Below are positions 61,023-64,000 of a stretch of DNA of 64,000 bases, piece by piece. The notes beneath the pieces were generated by a model. The model was not told the origin of the DNA. It made no database searches and was given only the letters and a program-made list of their open reading frames with translations. How positions within the stretch are numbered: position 1 is the stretch's first letter; each line of letters starts with the position of its first letter. The translations under genes were made by a program, and so were the position numbers. The DNA is from Ionaspis alba (lineage: Eukaryota). The stretch lies in assembly GCA_964255285.1 (NCBI GenBank), contig CAXUUL010000004.1, positions 1-64,000 on the forward strand, read 5' to 3'.

Positions 61023-63358
61023 TCAGTTTCTCCTCACCGTCGCTGTCTTACCACGAACTCTGTCCACCAATTTCTTCAAATCCTCCTTTCCCTTCCCGAC
61101 CGCGCCATTGCTCCCCCCCTTGTCCTTTTTACTCTTTCTACCTTCGCTATCCTCCCCAACATCCCCATCTCTCGTCCTTTTTCTCCGTCCTTCCTCCAAT
61201 AAAGCCTTCATCCCTTCGGTCCCCTTGAACCGTGGGTTACTTGGATCGACTGCGAACTCACTTTGCTCAAAGACAGCACTGAATCTGGGATCGCTGACAT
61301 CCATTTTAAATTCGTCTTTCGCCTTGGTTTCCAGTGCTGCTTTTTCTCTGGTGCTCAATTTCTTACCCTTCTTCATCAGAGCTTTTTCGGCTTTGGCGAT
61401 CTCGTTGATGTCGAAGTGATTGACCTTGGACTGAGTAGTCGCTCGTTTGTCAGCATTAGACGCGTCATCGTCAACCATCAACAGCTCGAGCTCTGCTCGC
61501 TGAGCTGAGGCCGAAGCGTCCGCTGCCGCGCGCTCTGACTTCTTAAGCCGCATTTGTTCCTTGCGAGCAGCTGTGGCTGCGACTTTGTCGTCGGTAGGGG
61601 CGGTGAAAAAGGGATCGTCGAAGCCGAGGTCGCCTCTTTCAGCCTCGTCTTCCTCGCCATTTCCAGGTGTTGCTTCCTCTGTGCCATTGCGGACGGCTTT
61701 CATTTTCTCTTTCCTTCGTGCTTTGCGTTCCTTCTCTTTTCGGACGTATTTTTCTACTGTTGTTTCTTTAGGCTCCGGCTCGTTTTCGAAGACGGAACCT
61801 TTGTTATTCGCGGTAAGGCCAGACGCGAAGGTGATTTGCATGTCGCCGATGGGAGCGGTTGATCCGGATCCTGATTTCTTGCTTGGTGCTGGTTCAGCGC
61901 CGAGACCGAAAAGGGCGCGCATTCGTTGTCGATCCTCTTCTTTTTTGGAGAATTTTGGGTTTGGAGATTTGTGGGTCGCTAAGTCGTGTATGACAGTAGA
62001 TGTGTCTTGTGTAGAGTCAACGACGATGGGTTCCGGGGCTTCGCCTTCCGACGAGGTGTCGCTACCTAAGTAGGCCTTGAGGTCGTTCGCATCAATGTCA
62101 GCTCTGCTGCCTGAGAAAGCCCTTTTCTGGACTTCCTTTCTTGCATTATCCTCAGCGTCCCAAGTTAGGCGGACTTTGCTATGTTGAAGCGCGTCTGTGA
62201 CGAATTCGTTGGGACGATACCCGTTAGGTATCCGTTCACAGACGTCCCGGGGCTTGTCGTCCGAGAAGTCCATTCCTTCCGGTACGAATCTCAGATCGAA
62301 GAAATTGGCCGTGGTAAGATACTCCGTACCGTCCACTGCATTGTAGATAGCTTCTGCCACAGCTTTTGACGAGCAGGTGAGCACGGCGTAGTAGTATCGT
62401 AATCTCTCGAGCTGGTATCGACGAAGCCTTGCGGAGTCGAACTCCTCCCCCTGATCCTCTTTCAGTAAAGATTTCCTGATCTTATCGTCTTCCTCCTCGC
62501 CATCGCCTTCCTCCCCTTCCTCCTCTTCTTCCGAGGAGAAAGCATGCACATCACTTTCTTGTTCCTGGACCGCATTCTTCACGAAGATCTCCTTCGGTGG
62601 CCCCTCCATCTCCTCTCTCTCCATTCTTTCCTTTCCAAACTCGCTCGGGAATACATCAACTCTGACAATTCTTCCACTACCCGCAGGCACAAAGCTCTCA
62701 AATACAGCCATTAAGTCGAACGCACGAATATTATCCCAATCCAGGTTTACAACTGCAATGCGCGAACTGACCTCCCCCGCTTGCACACCATTTCCATCTT
62801 CACCATGTTGATCCGCAAACCCAAAAACCTCTTCCTCCTCGACCTCTACATCTGCTTCTTCAGATGACGTCTCATCGCTCGAGGATTCGTCAAATCCTCC
62901 GCTCCTCGCGGGATCATAGTCTGGCCTGCCCTGCCCTTCCATTCGTCTCAGCTCTTTCTCGACCTCCTCATCGTCGTCTATCTCAATCTCTTCCTCGCTA
63001 TTCTCGTCCTGCTCCACATCCTCGACCCGGTAAAACCTCTCCAGTTCTTTTCTACCAGATCCCTTTGCCAGTTTCCTTCCGTAGCGATCTACTTTTGCTC
63101 GAGAAGAGAAGCGCTCATCTCTGAGCATGTGCGCAAAGCGCTTGTCGATTTGGACATGGGTGTTCCATTTCGAGGGAAGTCGAAAGCGAGGATCGGTTTG
63201 GATACTTGAGAATCGGGGATCCGCTGAATAGAATTTCATCAGTGAGATTTAGGGAGAGAGAGGGGCCTAAGGGAAAGCATCATACTTATGGGTGAGTCTA
63301 GGTTGTGGGGTTTGGATTGGGCACCCTTCGGAACTTTTTGGGAACGTGCTTTTGACAT
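61023..63358 (-). CDS. ESF1: Pre-rRNA processing protein Esf1 (NUC153 domain)
   Basis: DPRFSSIQTDPRF, RIAVVNLDWDNIRA, LRRYQLERLRYYYAV, FFDLRFVP, DPRFSAVF...FAVDPSNPRFK. Intron 63224-63285. Confidence 0.93.
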
Positions 63359-63787
63359 TGTTCTTGGCTGTGGAACGGAAGATGGGCAACAGAATAGCTC
63401 TTGTGCACAATGATCATTTGTTGGGGAGATCAGCTACGAATATTGATTTTCTGGATTGGTGTGGAGATATTCACAGCCGTATTGGCACTTCGTAGGAATT
63501 CTTCCAAAACGTTTGATGCCAAGGAAAGCAGCCGGGGGTGGTTTCCACAATGACAGCGACGAGGCCCAGGGGGGGAAAGGGCTCGGACTTAAGCGTTCTC
63601 TACGCGTTGTTGAGTAATGATCCCCTGGAATAAAGTTGACGACTTAGGAACCACATTAGTTGCAGTGGCGTGCGACAGACATAAATGAGATGTTGACATA
63701 AATTATTCGATATCATTTCTATATCGTTCACAAGCCTCCATAATTTCACCGCGTAGCCTAGACTTTCTTTACCTTATCCTTCCATCG

Positions 63788-64000
63788 TCAGAATACAGCA
63801 TATGAAAAGAACATAAAGGCGAATAGAAGAGCCAAAGGGCGACCAGATCCCCGGACACCAAAGCTCGGACAAACCTTTCTCGCATCTGAAATTTTGTCTC
63901 CGCCAGATGCACCGCTAGACGTAGCCGCAGTTGGAGAAGTTAACGTAGCTGGAGGACCGAACGTCTTCTGTGCACCATCATAGCTCAGACAAGCTGTGGG
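63788..64000 (-). CDS. 3' end of a probable GPI-anchored or membrane protein (gene continues beyond the window)
   Basis: Stop-free minus frame from the window end: PTACLSYDGAQKTFGPPATLTSPTAATSSGASGG...RPLALLFAFMFFSYAVF*, i.e. an S/T-rich linker plus a hydrophobic C-terminal tail. Confidence 0.55.
   Translation of the reverse strand, partial: PTACLSYDGAQKTFGPPATLTSPTAATSSGASGGDKISDARKVCPSFGVRGSGRPLALLFAFMFFSYAVF

Overview
Gene-dense, intron-rich DNA from a filamentous ascomycete (Pezizomycotina, inferred from protein families, ~45-70 nt GT-AG introns and CTRAY branch points). I reconstructed about 25 protein-coding genes by hand, mostly housekeeping: FIG4, TTI2-like, a small hydrophilic protein, SYF1, VMA8, U1A, CCA1, a GEA/GBF1 ARF-GEF, ANP1-family, MTR3, a Myb-like protein, an A1 aspartic protease, an omega/ECM4-type GST, UBA1, GH125, PDX3, a PPR protein, ERG8, UBL3-like, UMP1, SCC2, RPA12, LIA1, ESF1 and the 3' end of a probable GPI-anchored protein. 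The first ~336 nt are an AT-rich, palindromic, probably RIP-affected transposon end. I saw no tRNA, rRNA, CRISPR array or biosynthetic cluster. The most interesting signals are post-transcriptional. (1) UBA1 encodes an NLS-like peptide upstream of its first AUG, reachable only by non-AUG initiation and overlapped by a spliced uORF. (2) A spliced uORF ends with its stop directly against the PPR gene start (TAA-ATG). (3) A 4-exon orphan gene head-to-head with UMP1 is missed by the ORF track. (4) CCA1, the GST and PDX3 have tandem in-frame AUGs suggesting dual targeting. (5) Many splice sites are non-consensus and there are several 7-11 nt microexons. All gene names come from recognising motifs, not from database searches.
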